DNA from: Acidobacteriota bacterium
Lineage (GTDB): Bacteria; Acidobacteriota; Vicinamibacteria; Vicinamibacterales; UBA8438
Assembly (NCBI GenBank): GCA_009861545.1
Contig: VXME01000029.1
Coordinates: 306-64,305, forward strand
Reading direction: 5' to 3'
DNA: 64,000 nt
The notes under the pieces are model-generated. The model was not told the origin of the DNA, did not search any database, and saw only the letters and a program-made list of their open reading frames with translations. The position numbers and the translations under genes were made by a program. Positions within the stretch are counted from its first letter, which is position 1. Each line of letters starts with the position of its first letter. This document shows positions 20,560 to 30,800 of the stretch, piece by piece.

Positions 20560-21213
20560 GTGGCCGCCGCGCGACACTTTCGTACCTTCCTCTTCGACCT
20601 CGACGGGACGCTCATCGATTCGATCCCGCTCATCATGGCGTCGTTCCGCCACACGATGCGGACGCACCTGGGGGCCGTGCCGGACGACACGGCCTGGCGG
20701 GCCGGCTTCGGCACGCCGCTCCGGCCGCAGCTTCGCAAGTTCGCGCGGGACGACGAGCATGCCTCGCGAATGGTCGATACCTACCGCGCCTATACCGACG
20801 CGCATCACGATCGGCTCCTGAAGTCCTACGCGGGCATAGAGGGTGCGCTCGGCGCACTCCGCGGCGCGGGCGCGCAACTGGCCGTCGTCACCAGCAAGAC
20901 GCACGCGCTGGCCCGCCGCGGTCTGGCGCGCTGCGGGCTGGAGGAGTTCTTCGGCGTACTGATCGGCGCCGACGACGTGCGGGAGCACAAGCCGCACCCC
21001 GCGCCGGTGCTGGCGGCATTGGGCCGACTCTCGGCCGATCCGGCCGACGCGATCTTCATCGGCGATTCGCCCCACGATATCGAGGCCGGGCGTGCCGCCG
21101 GGGTGCAGACCGCGGCCGCCCTCTGGGGGCCGTTCCCGCGCGAGGCGCTGGCGCAGGCGTTGCCGCATCACTGGCTTGCCGAGCCGACCCGCATCGCCGC
21201 GCTTGCACGGTGA
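20560..21213 (+). CDS. HAD-superfamily hydrolase (phosphoglycolate phosphatase/PpaX-like)
   Basis: Motif I FLFDLDGTLIDS, motif II VVTSK, motif IV IGDSPHDIEAG. GTG start at 20560 lies 5 nt after a TATAAT box. Confidence 0.85.
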   Translation: MAAARHFRTFLFDLDGTLIDSIPLIMASFRHTMRTHLGAVPDDTAWRAGFGTPLRPQLRKFARDDEHASRMVDTYRAYTDAHHDRLLKSYAGIEGALGALRGAGAQLAVVTSKTHALARRGLARCGLEEFFGVLIGADDVREHKPHPAPVLAALGRLSADPADAIFIGDSPHDIEAGRAAGVQTAAALWGPFPREALAQALPHHWLAEPTRIAALAR

Positions 21214-21313
21214 CGGCGCTCGCCGATCTCGTCGTCATGTCGACTGTCGGAAGCCGTGCGCCTGACAGGGGCGAGGCTGCACCACGTCCGCCGACTTCGA
21301 TACCATTCCGGGC

Positions 21314-21760
21314 ATGGAGTCGCACTCGACGGTGAGTCCCGCGCTGCCCCCCGGCTACGAGCCCTACGCCTACGAGGATCCCTTCGAGGACCACGTCGGG
21401 CCCCTGGGCTACAAGATCGAGGGAAACCGGATCTCGTTCGCATTCCAGGCGGACGGCCGGCACGCCAACACCAGCGGCACGCTGCACGGCGGCATGCTGA
21501 TGACCTTCGCCGACTTCGCGCTGTGCCTGACCGCGGTCTGGGATCAGCCGGGGGAAAAATGCGTCACGGTGTCCTGCAACTGCGAATTCGTGGCCGCGAG
21601 CGAGCCGGGCCAGTTGATCGAGGCGGCCGGCGAGGTGGTGCGCCGGACGCGCTCGCTGACTTTCGTGCGCGGGCAGATCTCTACCGGCGACCGGGTTCTC
21701 ATGAACTACAGCGCCATCGTCAAGCGGATTCCGGGCGGCCGTCCGCCGGCCGCGGGCTGA
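21314..21760 (+). CDS. PaaI-family hotdog-fold thioesterase
   Basis: 148 aa. LHGGMLMTFADFAL motif, with a C-terminal beta-sheet pattern typical of PaaI/YbgC-type thioesterases. Confidence 0.75.
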   Translation: MESHSTVSPALPPGYEPYAYEDPFEDHVGPLGYKIEGNRISFAFQADGRHANTSGTLHGGMLMTFADFALCLTAVWDQPGEKCVTVSCNCEFVAASEPGQLIEAAGEVVRRTRSLTFVRGQISTGDRVLMNYSAIVKRIPGGRPPAAG

Positions 21761-21894
21761 GTCCGTGACGCAACCGGAGAACCTGGCGCGGACGACGCCG
21801 GACAGCGGTTCGCGCCGCGGGCGGGCGCTCGATGCGGACGATGCGCGCAGCGACCTATAATTCGCATCTGACCGCTCTGCAATTGGAGGAAACG

Positions 21895-23880
21895 ATGATG
21901 CGCGATCGCAATGTTTCTGTCGGCGCCGTGGCCTGTGCGTTCGTTCTCGTCCTGTCCTGCGCCGTCACGTCCGCGCTCGCCCAGCAGGGGGCGGTCGACG
22001 GGCAGTGGCGCGCCTACGCCGCCGACAACGGCGCAACGAAGTACTCGCCGCTGGACCAGATCGGTGCCGGCAACGTGGATCAGTTGCAGATCGCCTGGAC
22101 GCGCCCGACGGTCGACCAGTCGATCCTCGACGTGGTTCCGAATCTCGGCTACAACAACGCCAACCGCTCGACGCCGCTGATGGTCGACGGCGTCGCCTAC
22201 GCGCCGAACGCGGTCGGCCTGGTCGAGGCCTGGGATCCGGCGACCGGCGAGACGATCTGGGTGCAGCAGCCCTTCGAGGAGGGGCCGGCGGGCTTCCGAG
22301 GAGCGGGCCACCGCGGCATCGCCTTCTGGACCGACGGGACCCAGCGGCGCATCATCGCCCACCGTGGCGAGTGGCTGTACGCGCTCGACCCGGCGACCGG
22401 CGAGCCGTATCGCGACTTCGGCGACAACGGACGGGTCGATTTGAAGACCGGCCTGGCCGAGGGGGCGCGCTACCGCTGGGGCGGCGCGCCGACCGTCGTC
22501 CGCGACACGGTCGTGATGGGCCAGTCGATGGGCGACACGTTCTTCACGAAGGAGGACATCCGCGGCGACGTGCGCGCGTTCGATGTCCGCACCGGCGATT
22601 TGAAGTGGGTCTTCCACACCATCCCGCAGGCGGGCGAGTACGGGACCCAGACCTGGGGCGACGGCTCGTGGGAGTACAGCGGCCACGCGCCGGTCTGGTC
22701 GCTCTTCGCGGCCGACGAAGAGCTCGGATACGTCTACATGCCGACCTCCTCGGCGACCAACGACATGTACGGCGGGCACCGGCCGGGCGACAACCTGTTC
22801 TCGCAGTCGATCGTCTGTGTCGACGTCGAGACGGGCGAGCGCGTCTGGCACTACCAGCTCGTGCACCACGGCCTGTGGGACTACGACATCCCGGCCGCAC
22901 CGATCCTGGCCGACCTCACTGTCGACGGGCGCGACGTCAAGGCCGTGATCCAGATAACGAAGCAGGCGTTCGCCTTCGCGTTCGACCGCGTGACCGGCGA
23001 ACCGATCTGGCCGATCGAGGAGCGTCCCGTGCCGCAGTCGAACACGCCGGGCGAGGTCACCTCCCCGACGCAGCCGTTTCCGACGAAGCCGCCGGCGTTC
23101 GATCGCCAGGGCGCGACCGTCGAGAACCTGATCGACTTCACGCCGGAGCTGCGCGAAGAGGCGCTGGAGATCGTCGAGCGCTACACCATCGGCCCGATGT
23201 TCACGCCGCCGTCGGTGCGCGGCGCCGGGCCCAACGACAACCAGGGGACCATCCAGCTTCCCGGTTCGCAGGGCGGCGCGGACGTTCAGGGCGCCGCGTT
23301 CGATCCGGAGACGAACTACCTCTACATTCCGTCGATCACCTCGCCGTTCGTCGCCGACATCCTCGAGGGCAACCCCGACCGCACCAATCTGGCCTACATC
23401 AAGGGCACGCGGCAGTGGATCGGCGGGCCCCGCGGGCTGCCGCTGTTCAAGCCGCCCTACGGGCGCATCACCGCCTTCGACATGAACACCGGCGAAGAGG
23501 TGTGGATGGTGCCGAACGGCCACGGGCCGACCGACCACCCGGCCATCGCCCACCTGAACCTCGGCCGTCTCGGATCCCCGGGCCGCCCGGGGCCGCTGCT
23601 GACGAAGACGCTGCTCTTCATCGGCGAGGGGTCGGACGTCGGCATCCGGGCGGGCGGCCGCGTTATGGACGGGATGCCGCTCAACATCGTGACCAACTAC
23701 GGCGAGCCCTGGTTCCGCGCCTACGACAAGGCGACCGGCGACGTCGTCTGGGAGATGGAGCTCGAGGCGGGGACGACCGGCGTTCCGATGACCTACCTGC
23801 ACGAGGGCAAGCAGTACATCGTCGTGCCGATCGGGGGCCGCGAGGTGCCCGGCCAGTGGGTCGCGCTCAGCCTGCCCTAG
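21895..23880 (+). CDS. PQQ-dependent dehydrogenase (quinoprotein, 8-bladed propeller)
   Basis: ATG at 21895 preceded by GGAGGA. Signal peptide. W-repeat propeller motifs (QLQIAWT, GETIWVQ, DLKWVFH, ERVWHYQLVHHGLWDYD, GEPIWPI, EEVWMVPNG, DVVWEME) typical of glucose/alcohol quinoprotein dehydrogenases. Confidence 0.85.
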   Translation: MMRDRNVSVGAVACAFVLVLSCAVTSALAQQGAVDGQWRAYAADNGATKYSPLDQIGAGNVDQLQIAWTRPTVDQSILDVVPNLGYNNANRSTPLMVDGVAYAPNAVGLVEAWDPATGETIWVQQPFEEGPAGFRGAGHRGIAFWTDGTQRRIIAHRGEWLYALDPATGEPYRDFGDNGRVDLKTGLAEGARYRWGGAPTVVRDTVVMGQSMGDTFFTKEDIRGDVRAFDVRTGDLKWVFHTIPQAGEYGTQTWGDGSWEYSGHAPVWSLFAADEELGYVYMPTSSATNDMYGGHRPGDNLFSQSIVCVDVETGERVWHYQLVHHGLWDYDIPAAPILADLTVDGRDVKAVIQITKQAFAFAFDRVTGEPIWPIEERPVPQSNTPGEVTSPTQPFPTKPPAFDRQGATVENLIDFTPELREEALEIVERYTIGPMFTPPSVRGAGPNDNQGTIQLPGSQGGADVQGAAFDPETNYLYIPSITSPFVADILEGNPDRTNLAYIKGTRQWIGGPRGLPLFKPPYGRITAFDMNTGEEVWMVPNGHGPTDHPAIAHLNLGRLGSPGRPGPLLTKTLLFIGEGSDVGIRAGGRVMDGMPLNIVTNYGEPWFRAYDKATGDVVWEMELEAGTTGVPMTYLHEGKQYIVVPIGGREVPGQWVALSLP

Positions 23881-23924
23881 CGCGGGCAGGTCTGAATCGG
23901 ATCGTCGGGATCATGTAGAGTGAC

Positions 23925-23959
23925 GCCGGCGGCGCCAGTGGTGTCGCCGGCTTTCTTTT
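23925..23959 (+). terminator. Rho-independent terminator after the PQQ dehydrogenase
   Basis: GCCGGCGGCGCC-AGU-GGUGUCGCCGGC forms a stem of about 12 bp (two G-U pairs), followed by UUUCUUUU. Confidence 0.6.
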
Positions 23960-23972
23960 CGGGGCCGCCGCC

Positions 23973-25085
23973 ATGGTGACGAGACTCTATGTCGACAATT
24001 TCCGGTGCCTGGTCAACTTCGAGTTGAAGCTCGACGAGACGAACATTCTTCTTGGGCCCAACGGTAGCGGGAAGACCTCGGTCCTGGATGTCCTGCGCCG
24101 AATCCGGGATCTCGTTGCGCGGGGAGTCAGAACCCGCGAGGCTTTCCAGGTAGGCGACCTCTCTCTGCTACAGAAGCGTAGCGAGCAGCGTTTCGAGCTC
24201 GACTTGCAAATCGCCGGGAGCGCCTACCGCTACGCCCTGTGCATCCAGCCTGCCGGCGATCGCAGCGGGATGCAGCTTAGCGAGGAGATACTTGAGCACA
24301 ACGGCAGACCAATCCTGGTGTTTCAGGAAGGCACCCTGCGACTGTACGACGACGACGGCGCCCAGACACCTTCGTTTCCTGTCGAATTGGGAGGATCCGG
24401 CGTCGGCCTCGTGAGGACGAGCTCAAGCACCCGGAGACTGAATGACTTCAGGCAGGTGATGGCAGGTCTTGTCATTGCGGGACCGTGTCCGCCACTCTTC
24501 AGGTCCGAGACGACGAGCGAGGACGAGTATCTCGAACCATTGATGCAGAACTTCGTGGCCTGGTACAGATACGCCGCGCAGGAGAACATGGGTGCCATTG
24601 CAGGCTTATTTGGCGCGCTTGGCGAGGCACTTCCAGGATTCGAATCCATGGACTTGGCCGAATCGGGAGAGAATACCCGTGCGCTCAAGGTGGCGTTTCG
24701 TAGACCGACTGACGAACGCGGGGTGGACCGCTACGGTTTCGGTCAGCTTTCCGACGGTCAACGGATGCTCATCGCGTTGTATTGTCTCGTCTTCTTGTCG
24801 ACGAACCGCCGCGTGTCACTGTTCCTCGACGAACCGGACAACTATCTCGCCCTTCGAGAGGTTCAACCATGGCTCGCCGAGGTCGTTGGGCGTTGTGGAA
24901 GTGTGCTTGATCAGGCAGTGGTAGCCTCTCATCATCCCGTAACGATAGATTACATGGCCGGCGCGAAGGGCAGGTGGTTCTACCGGGACGGGAACGGCCC
25001 GGTGCGGGTCGGCAACGAGCCGCAAACAACGGGCGATGGCATCTCGCTGTCGGAGACAGTCGCACGAGGCTGGGACCGAGAGTGA
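23973..25085 (+). CDS. ABC/SMC-type AAA ATPase (defence-associated, module B)
   Basis: Walker A LGPNGSGKTSVLD, ABC-signature-like QLSDGQRML, Walker B SLFLDEPDNYLAL, H-loop VASHHP. N-terminal LYVDNFRCL motif. Confidence 0.8.
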   Translation: MVTRLYVDNFRCLVNFELKLDETNILLGPNGSGKTSVLDVLRRIRDLVARGVRTREAFQVGDLSLLQKRSEQRFELDLQIAGSAYRYALCIQPAGDRSGMQLSEEILEHNGRPILVFQEGTLRLYDDDGAQTPSFPVELGGSGVGLVRTSSSTRRLNDFRQVMAGLVIAGPCPPLFRSETTSEDEYLEPLMQNFVAWYRYAAQENMGAIAGLFGALGEALPGFESMDLAESGENTRALKVAFRRPTDERGVDRYGFGQLSDGQRMLIALYCLVFLSTNRRVSLFLDEPDNYLALREVQPWLAEVVGRCGSVLDQAVVASHHPVTIDYMAGAKGRWFYRDGNGPVRVGNEPQTTGDGISLSETVARGWDRE

Positions 25086-25615
25086 GCGGAGTCAGCATCA
25101 CACTCCTCTGCGAGGACTTGCAGACGGATGCGTTCGTGCGCCGGTTCCTGAGGCACCGCAACTTCCGCGGCCGGGACATCCGTACGCTCCCCCTTCCCGG
25201 CGGTCGCCAGTCGGGCGAGCAATGGGTTCGCGAACGCTATCCGACGGAACTGCGAGCAATTCGCAGAAGGCAGGGCGTCTACCTGATAGTTGTAACGGAC
25301 GCGGACACCCATTCGACAGCGGTTCGACGTGCGCAGTTGGACGCGGCGTGCGACGAGAAGGAGACTCGGAGAAGAGACGACAATGAGCCGGTTCTCGTGA
25401 TTGTGCCGCGGAGGAACATCGAGACGTGGCTGGCGTTTCTCGGCGGAATGACGGTCGATGAGGACACGAAGTACCGGAAGCTGAAGCGCGAGGGAGACTG
25501 CGTCGCTCAGGCGGACGCCCTGTTCAGGATGTGTCACGAGGTGCAGAGGCTCGACGAAGGTGCTCCGCCTTCGCTACGAGAGGCATGCGAGGAGTACCCC
25601 AAGCTCCAGCGGTAG
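25082..25615 (+). CDS. TOPRIM-like/DUF4276-like partner protein, module B
   Basis: GTG at 25082 overlaps the ATPase stop (GTGA). Motifs ITLLCEDLQTDAFV, LIVVTDADTH and NIETWLAF are shared with the other partner proteins in this window. Confidence 0.6.
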   Translation: MSGVSITLLCEDLQTDAFVRRFLRHRNFRGRDIRTLPLPGGRQSGEQWVRERYPTELRAIRRRQGVYLIVVTDADTHSTAVRRAQLDAACDEKETRRRDDNEPVLVIVPRRNIETWLAFLGGMTVDEDTKYRKLKREGDCVAQADALFRMCHEVQRLDEGAPPSLREACEEYPKLQR

Positions 25616-25648
25616 ACTCGCATCAGCGACCCTCTCATCGGCCATCTC

Positions 25649-26161
25649 TCAGTACTGCAGAAGCACAGCCTTGCCGGCTACGCGGCGTTCAAGGGAGAGG
25701 AGCGCTTGCTTGACCGACAGGCCGCCGCCGTAGCCGGTGAGCGTGCCGTCGGCGCCGACGACACGGTGGCAGGGCACGACGATGGCGAGCGGGTTCCTGC
25801 CGTTCGCCGCGCCCACCGCGCGTGACGCGGTCGGCTTGCCGATGCGGCGAGCCAGCTCGCCATAGGAGATGGTCTTGCCGTACGAGATTCGGCGGAGCTC
25901 CTCCCATACCTGGCACTGGAACGCGGTGCCGTCGGGAGCGAGCGGCAGGTCGAAATCGCGGCGGGTCCCGTCGAAGTACTCCACCAACTGGCGCTTCGCC
26001 GCGTGCAGCGCGGCGGGCAGCGCACTGCGTTTCTCGCGCCATCCCGCATCCGGTTGACGAACCGCCGTGTTCGGCAGGTCGACGCGTTCGAGGTGTCGCT
26101 CGTCGCCAACCAGCCGCAGAGTACCGATGGGCGTGTCGAAGTCATGGTACGACCTGGGCAT
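25649..26161 (-). CDS. ogt: Methylated-DNA--protein-cysteine methyltransferase
   Basis: Active-site motif PCHRVV (IVVPCHRVVGADG). Conserved YGELA and NPLAIVVP. RBS GGAGG upstream. Confidence 0.9.
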   Translation of the reverse strand: MPRSYHDFDTPIGTLRLVGDERHLERVDLPNTAVRQPDAGWREKRSALPAALHAAKRQLVEYFDGTRRDFDLPLAPDGTAFQCQVWEELRRISYGKTISYGELARRIGKPTASRAVGAANGRNPLAIVVPCHRVVGADGTLTGYGGGLSVKQALLSLERRVAGKAVLLQY

Positions 26162-26173
26162 CTCTACCTCCTT

Positions 26174-27841
26174 CTACCCCGGTTGTTGCGCAGCGCCGTC
26201 CTGCCAGAGCAGCATGGCGGCATAGGCGCGCCACGGGCGCCACGCCTCCGCCATCGTCCGGAGTTCCCGGGAGTTGACCGGGGCGCCGCTCGAGACGGCC
26301 TTGCGCAGGCCCAGATCGCCGGCGGGGAAAGCGTCGGGATCGTGTAGTGCTCGCATGGCGACGTACTCCGCGGTCCAGGGACCGACGCCCGGGATGGCGG
26401 TCAGTCGTCCGCGAGTCGTGTCCGGGTCGGCGGCCGGGCCGAGATTCAGCGTGCCGGTCGCCACGGACTCGGCCAGGGCGCGCAGGGCCGCGGCGCGGGC
26501 GGCGGGTACCCCGATGGTGCGCAGGTCGAATGCTGCGACCGCGCCCGGCGATGGAAAGGTCCGCGCGAGGCCCGATCCGCTCAGGTGGTCCGGGAGCGCT
26601 TCTCCCAGCTTGTCGACCAGCCTTCCGGCCAGCGTCGTCGCGCCCTTCACCGTTACCTGCTGGCCCAGGATCGCGCGCACCGCCAGCTCGAAGCCGTCCC
26701 AGGCGCCGGGAATGCGAATGCCGGGCAGCGCATCCATCCGGGCGGACAGGCCGTGCGCGCCGGACAGATGCGGGCCGAACGACAGGGGATCGGCGTCCAG
26801 GTCGAAAAGGCGCCGCAGCCGGCCTGCCACGTCCAGCAGCACGCGGGCGTTCGGAGGATCGATCTCCACATCCAGGTACCCGTCGCCACCCGCCTCGACG
26901 CGCACGATGCCGGCAGCGACGTTCCTTTCCGACCGCGATTGGCGCCGCCCGCCGTTTCGGGGCTTTTCTCCCGCCAGGCGAAACGTGCGCCGGTAGGTTC
27001 TCCGGGGGATATCGACGACCTCCACGCCGGGCACCGCGCGCGGCGCCAGAAACTCCAGCAGTGCCGTGGCGTCGTACGGAGCGCGGTAGTTCAAGCGCAG
27101 GCGCAGCGCTTCATCGAGTTGACCGAGGCCCGCCGGCGCCGGCCGGCGTCGACGGCGCAGCTCGCGCGGCGTGCGGCCGTATACCCGGTGCAGCACGTCG
27201 TTGAAGCGGCGGACGCTTCCGAATCCGGCGACCTGCGCGACCGCGGTGAACGGCAGGTCGGTGGCGTCGATCAGCCGCTTTGCCCGGTGGAGGCGGCACG
27301 TCGAAGCGACCTGTACCGGCGACGCGCCGACGTGGCGGTCGAAGAGTCGGCGCAGATGCCGTGCGCTGACGCCGAGTCGCTGGGACAGTTCGTCGGCGCC
27401 GGCAACGTCGAGGGCCCCGTCGTCGATCAGGCGTAGCGCCCGCCGCACCATGGCCGGGGATCCGTTCCATGCCGGCGTGCCCGGCGCCGTCTCGGGCCGG
27501 CACCGCAGGCAGGGGCGAAAGCCTGCGCGATCCGCGGCGGCCGCGGAGTCGTAGAAGCGGACGTTGGCGCCCCTCGGCGGCTGGACCGGGCAGACCGGCC
27601 GGCAGTAGATGCCGGTTGTCACGACGCCGATGAAGAAGCGGCCGTCGAAGCGCGCGTCGCGCGACAGGCGGGCGCGCTCGCAGACGTCGGCGTCCAGCAC
27701 GCTTCGGACTATAGCGCCGGGACGCAGTGCGTACTGGCCGTTTTCGGACCCGATGCCTGCCGGGCCGGCGGCAGGAGGACGCCGGCGAGTCGACCGGATG
27801 GCGCGGCTTCGCGTACGCTCTCGGGTAGCCGGCGGTCGCAT
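26174..27841 (-). CDS. alkA: Ada-AlkA fusion: Ada Zn-binding domain + AraC-type HTH + DNA-3-methyladenine glycosylase II
   Basis: Ada Cys cluster (TTGIYCRPVCP...FRPCLRCRP). AraC HTH region. AlkA/HhH-GPD region (ILGQQVTVKGA...GVGPWTAEYVAMR). The true start is probably downstream of 27841, for example the GTG at 27700 (VLDADVCERARL), because the first ~45 codons are Arg/Pro-rich and lie only 27 nt from the divergent helicase start. Confidence 0.8.
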   Translation of the reverse strand: MRPPATRERTRSRAIRSTRRRPPAAGPAGIGSENGQYALRPGAIVRSVLDADVCERARLSRDARFDGRFFIGVVTTGIYCRPVCPVQPPRGANVRFYDSAAAADRAGFRPCLRCRPETAPGTPAWNGSPAMVRRALRLIDDGALDVAGADELSQRLGVSARHLRRLFDRHVGASPVQVASTCRLHRAKRLIDATDLPFTAVAQVAGFGSVRRFNDVLHRVYGRTPRELRRRRRPAPAGLGQLDEALRLRLNYRAPYDATALLEFLAPRAVPGVEVVDIPRRTYRRTFRLAGEKPRNGGRRQSRSERNVAAGIVRVEAGGDGYLDVEIDPPNARVLLDVAGRLRRLFDLDADPLSFGPHLSGAHGLSARMDALPGIRIPGAWDGFELAVRAILGQQVTVKGATTLAGRLVDKLGEALPDHLSGSGLARTFPSPGAVAAFDLRTIGVPAARAAALRALAESVATGTLNLGPAADPDTTRGRLTAIPGVGPWTAEYVAMRALHDPDAFPAGDLGLRKAVSSGAPVNSRELRTMAEAWRPWRAYAAMLLWQDGAAQQPG

Positions 27842-27868
27842 GCCGACCGCGGTGCACCATCGTCACCG

Positions 27869-30800
27869 ATGAACACCCCGACGACGCCGACGGAAGGACA
27901 GATCCTGACCGGCCCGCTCTTCAACGAGCCGATGCGCGTGGAGACCGTCGCCGAGACGGGGCCGGGGAGTTGGACGCTCGGCCTGGTCGGCACGCGGTCG
28001 GAACGATTCCGGAAGGTCTCCCTCGGGACGGCCGAGCTGGTGGGACTGACAGTTCTTGACAGCGGTTTCCGGTACGACGGAGACGGCGCGCTGCTGCGGT
28101 TGGGCCTGCAGGCGCACGCGCTCGGGATTGCTTGGGAGTTCGATCCCTACTTCGGGTTGTCGGTCTCCCGCGTGGATCCGCTGCCGCACCAGTTGGAAGC
28201 GGTCTACGACCACCTGCTGAAGCTGGCGCGCGTGCGGTTCCTGCTGGCCGACGATGCCGGCGCCGGGAAGACGATCATGGCCGGGCTGCTGATCCGCGAA
28301 CTCCAGTTGCGCGGTCTCGCGGAGCGGATCCTGGTCGTCGCGCCGTCGAACCTCGCCTTCCAGTGGCAGCGCGAGTTGCAGGAGAAGTTCGACGAGACGT
28401 TCGTGGTGCTGAAGGGAAGCGAGTTGCGCGCGCAGTTCGGCGTGAACCAGTGGATGCAGCAGCCGAAGGTGGTGACGTCGCTGGATCTTGCCAAGCGCGA
28501 GGAGATCCTGCCGGGCTTGCGGCAGGTGCACTGGGATCTGGTCGTCGTGGACGAGGCGCACCGGATGTCGGCGCGCGACGAGTCGCACAAGAGCCAGCGC
28601 TACAAGTTGGGCGAGCTGCTGCGGGATTCGTCCGACCACATCCTGCTGCTGACCGCGACGCCGCACAAGGGGGATCCCGAGAACTTCTCGCTCTTTCTGC
28701 AACTCCTCGACCGCGACGCCTACGCCGACGTGCGTTCAATCCGGCAGGCGATGGACGCTGGGCGCGCGCCGTTCTACTTGCGGCGCACGAAGGAGGCGAT
28801 GGTCTACTTTCCGCAGCGGGACGAGAACGGGGAGTGGGCGGCGCGCAAGATCTTCACGAAGCGTATTCCGAGCACCGTCGACTTCAAGATCGACGGCTCG
28901 GAGTTCGAGCTGTACCGGGAGGTGACGGAGTTCGTGAAGCGGCAGAGTATCCGGGCAGCGGCAGAGGGCAACGATCCGCGCGCCCGCGCCGTGGGCTTCC
29001 TGATGGCGCTCTACCAGCGGCGCCTGGCGTCGAGCACGCGGGCCATGCGGCGCAGCCTCGGAAACCGTGCCGACCGTCTGGAGCGCGGGCTCGCGCAGGC
29101 CGAGGATCTCGTGCGCACCGCGCCGCCGGACCTGCCGAGCATGGACGAGCTCGACGAGATGGAGGAGCGCGACCGTGAACGATTGGAGCGGTTGCTCGAC
29201 GCGATCACGCTGGCCGGAAATGCCCAGATGGTGCGCCAGGAGATCGCGGAGCTGAGAGCGCTGGCCGTCAAGGCAGAGAACGTCGAGCAGGCGGGCGTCG
29301 AGGCGAAGCTGGCCAAGTTCGAAGACCTTCTGCGCGGCCAGGGGTTCTTCGACCGCCCGGATCAGCGGTTGGTCCTCTTCACGGAGTTCAAGGACACCCT
29401 CGACTACCTCGTCGAGAAGCTCGAAGCCTGGGGCTTCAAGGTGGCGACGATCCACGGCGGCATGAAGCCGGGCGCGCGGGACGAGGCAGGGACCAGGCTC
29501 CACGCCGAGCAGCAGTTCCGCGAGGGTGCGGTCCAGGTGCTGGTGGCGACCGAGGCCGCGGGCGAGGGGATCAACCTGCAGGTCTGCAACATCCTCTTCA
29601 ACTACGACATCCCGTGGAATCCGAACCGCCTGGAACAGCGCATGGGGCGCATCCACCGCTACGGCCAGGAGAAGGACTGTCTGATCTTCAACTTCGTCGC
29701 CACGAACACCATCGAGGGGCATGTTCTCCAGCGCCTGCTCGACAAGCTGCAGGAGATCCGCGACGCGCTCGACGACGACGCAGTGTTCAACGTCGTCGGC
29801 GAGGTGTTACCCGCAGCCTATGTGGAGCGCGTCCTGCGCGACTACTACGCCGGCCGGCTCGGTGGCGAGGATCTGGAAGAGCGGCTGTTGCGGGACGTCG
29901 ACGAGGGCCGCTTCCGCAACATCTGCCAGAACGCCCTGGAGGGACTGGCGACGAAGAACCTGAACCTGGAGATGCTGGTCGAGCGGCGCGCCCGCGCCCG
30001 CGAGCGCCGGGTCGTGCCGGAGACCATCGCACGCTTTCTGCGGGACGCCGCGCCGCTGGCGCCGCTGAAGCTCGATTTCATCGGTGGGTTGGCGCACACG
30101 TTCGTGCCGGGGCGCACGCCGGCATCGCTGCGCCGCTACGAGCGCGAACCCGACTGGAGGCTGCCGGAGCTGGCGATGCGTTATCCGCGTTGCAGCACGG
30201 ATCGCGACACCGCCCAGAAGAACGCGCTCGAATGGGTCACGCCGGGCCACCCACTTTTCGAGGCCGTGCGCCGCCATGCGCGCGAGCAGGCGCTCGAGCC
30301 GCTGGCGTGCGGCGCCACCTTCTATTCGCTCGCACACAACGCGCCGACGCGGATCGACTTCTACCGGGCACGGGTGGTCGACGGACTCGGCCACGTCGTG
30401 CATGAACGGGTCTTCGCGGTGGAACTGGCCGGTGACAACGAGCCGTGCCGGTGCGAGCCGGGTGTGCTCGGCGACCTGAGCCCGGCTCCCGTCCCGGACA
30501 CGTTGCCGGCGATCGCGCACCGGCCGGAGCCGGTGTCCTGGCTCCAGGAGCACGTCCTCGTACCGTTCCTCGATGCCACGCGCGCCGAGCGTCTGGCCGA
30601 GGTCGAGCGCGTTGCGGATCACGTCGAGCTCTCGCTCACGGAGCTTCTGCAGCGGACCGACGAGGAGATCGGGCGGGCTGCCGACGACGTGGACGAGGGT
30701 CGCCAGGGCGCAGAAGGGCGACTCGCCATGGCCGAGGTGCGGCACGCGGAGCTGCTGGCGCGCCGCGAACGGCGGCGTCAGGAACTCCAACAGCAGCAAG

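Noticed and set aside
21706-23802. 698-aa minus-strand ORF opposite the PQQ dehydrogenase; the same situation occurs at 8284..9690, 9609..11267, 1833..3071, 5507..6997 and 28736..31225
   Set aside because: All are mirror-frame ORFs of strongly supported genes, with the typical high-GC antisense composition.
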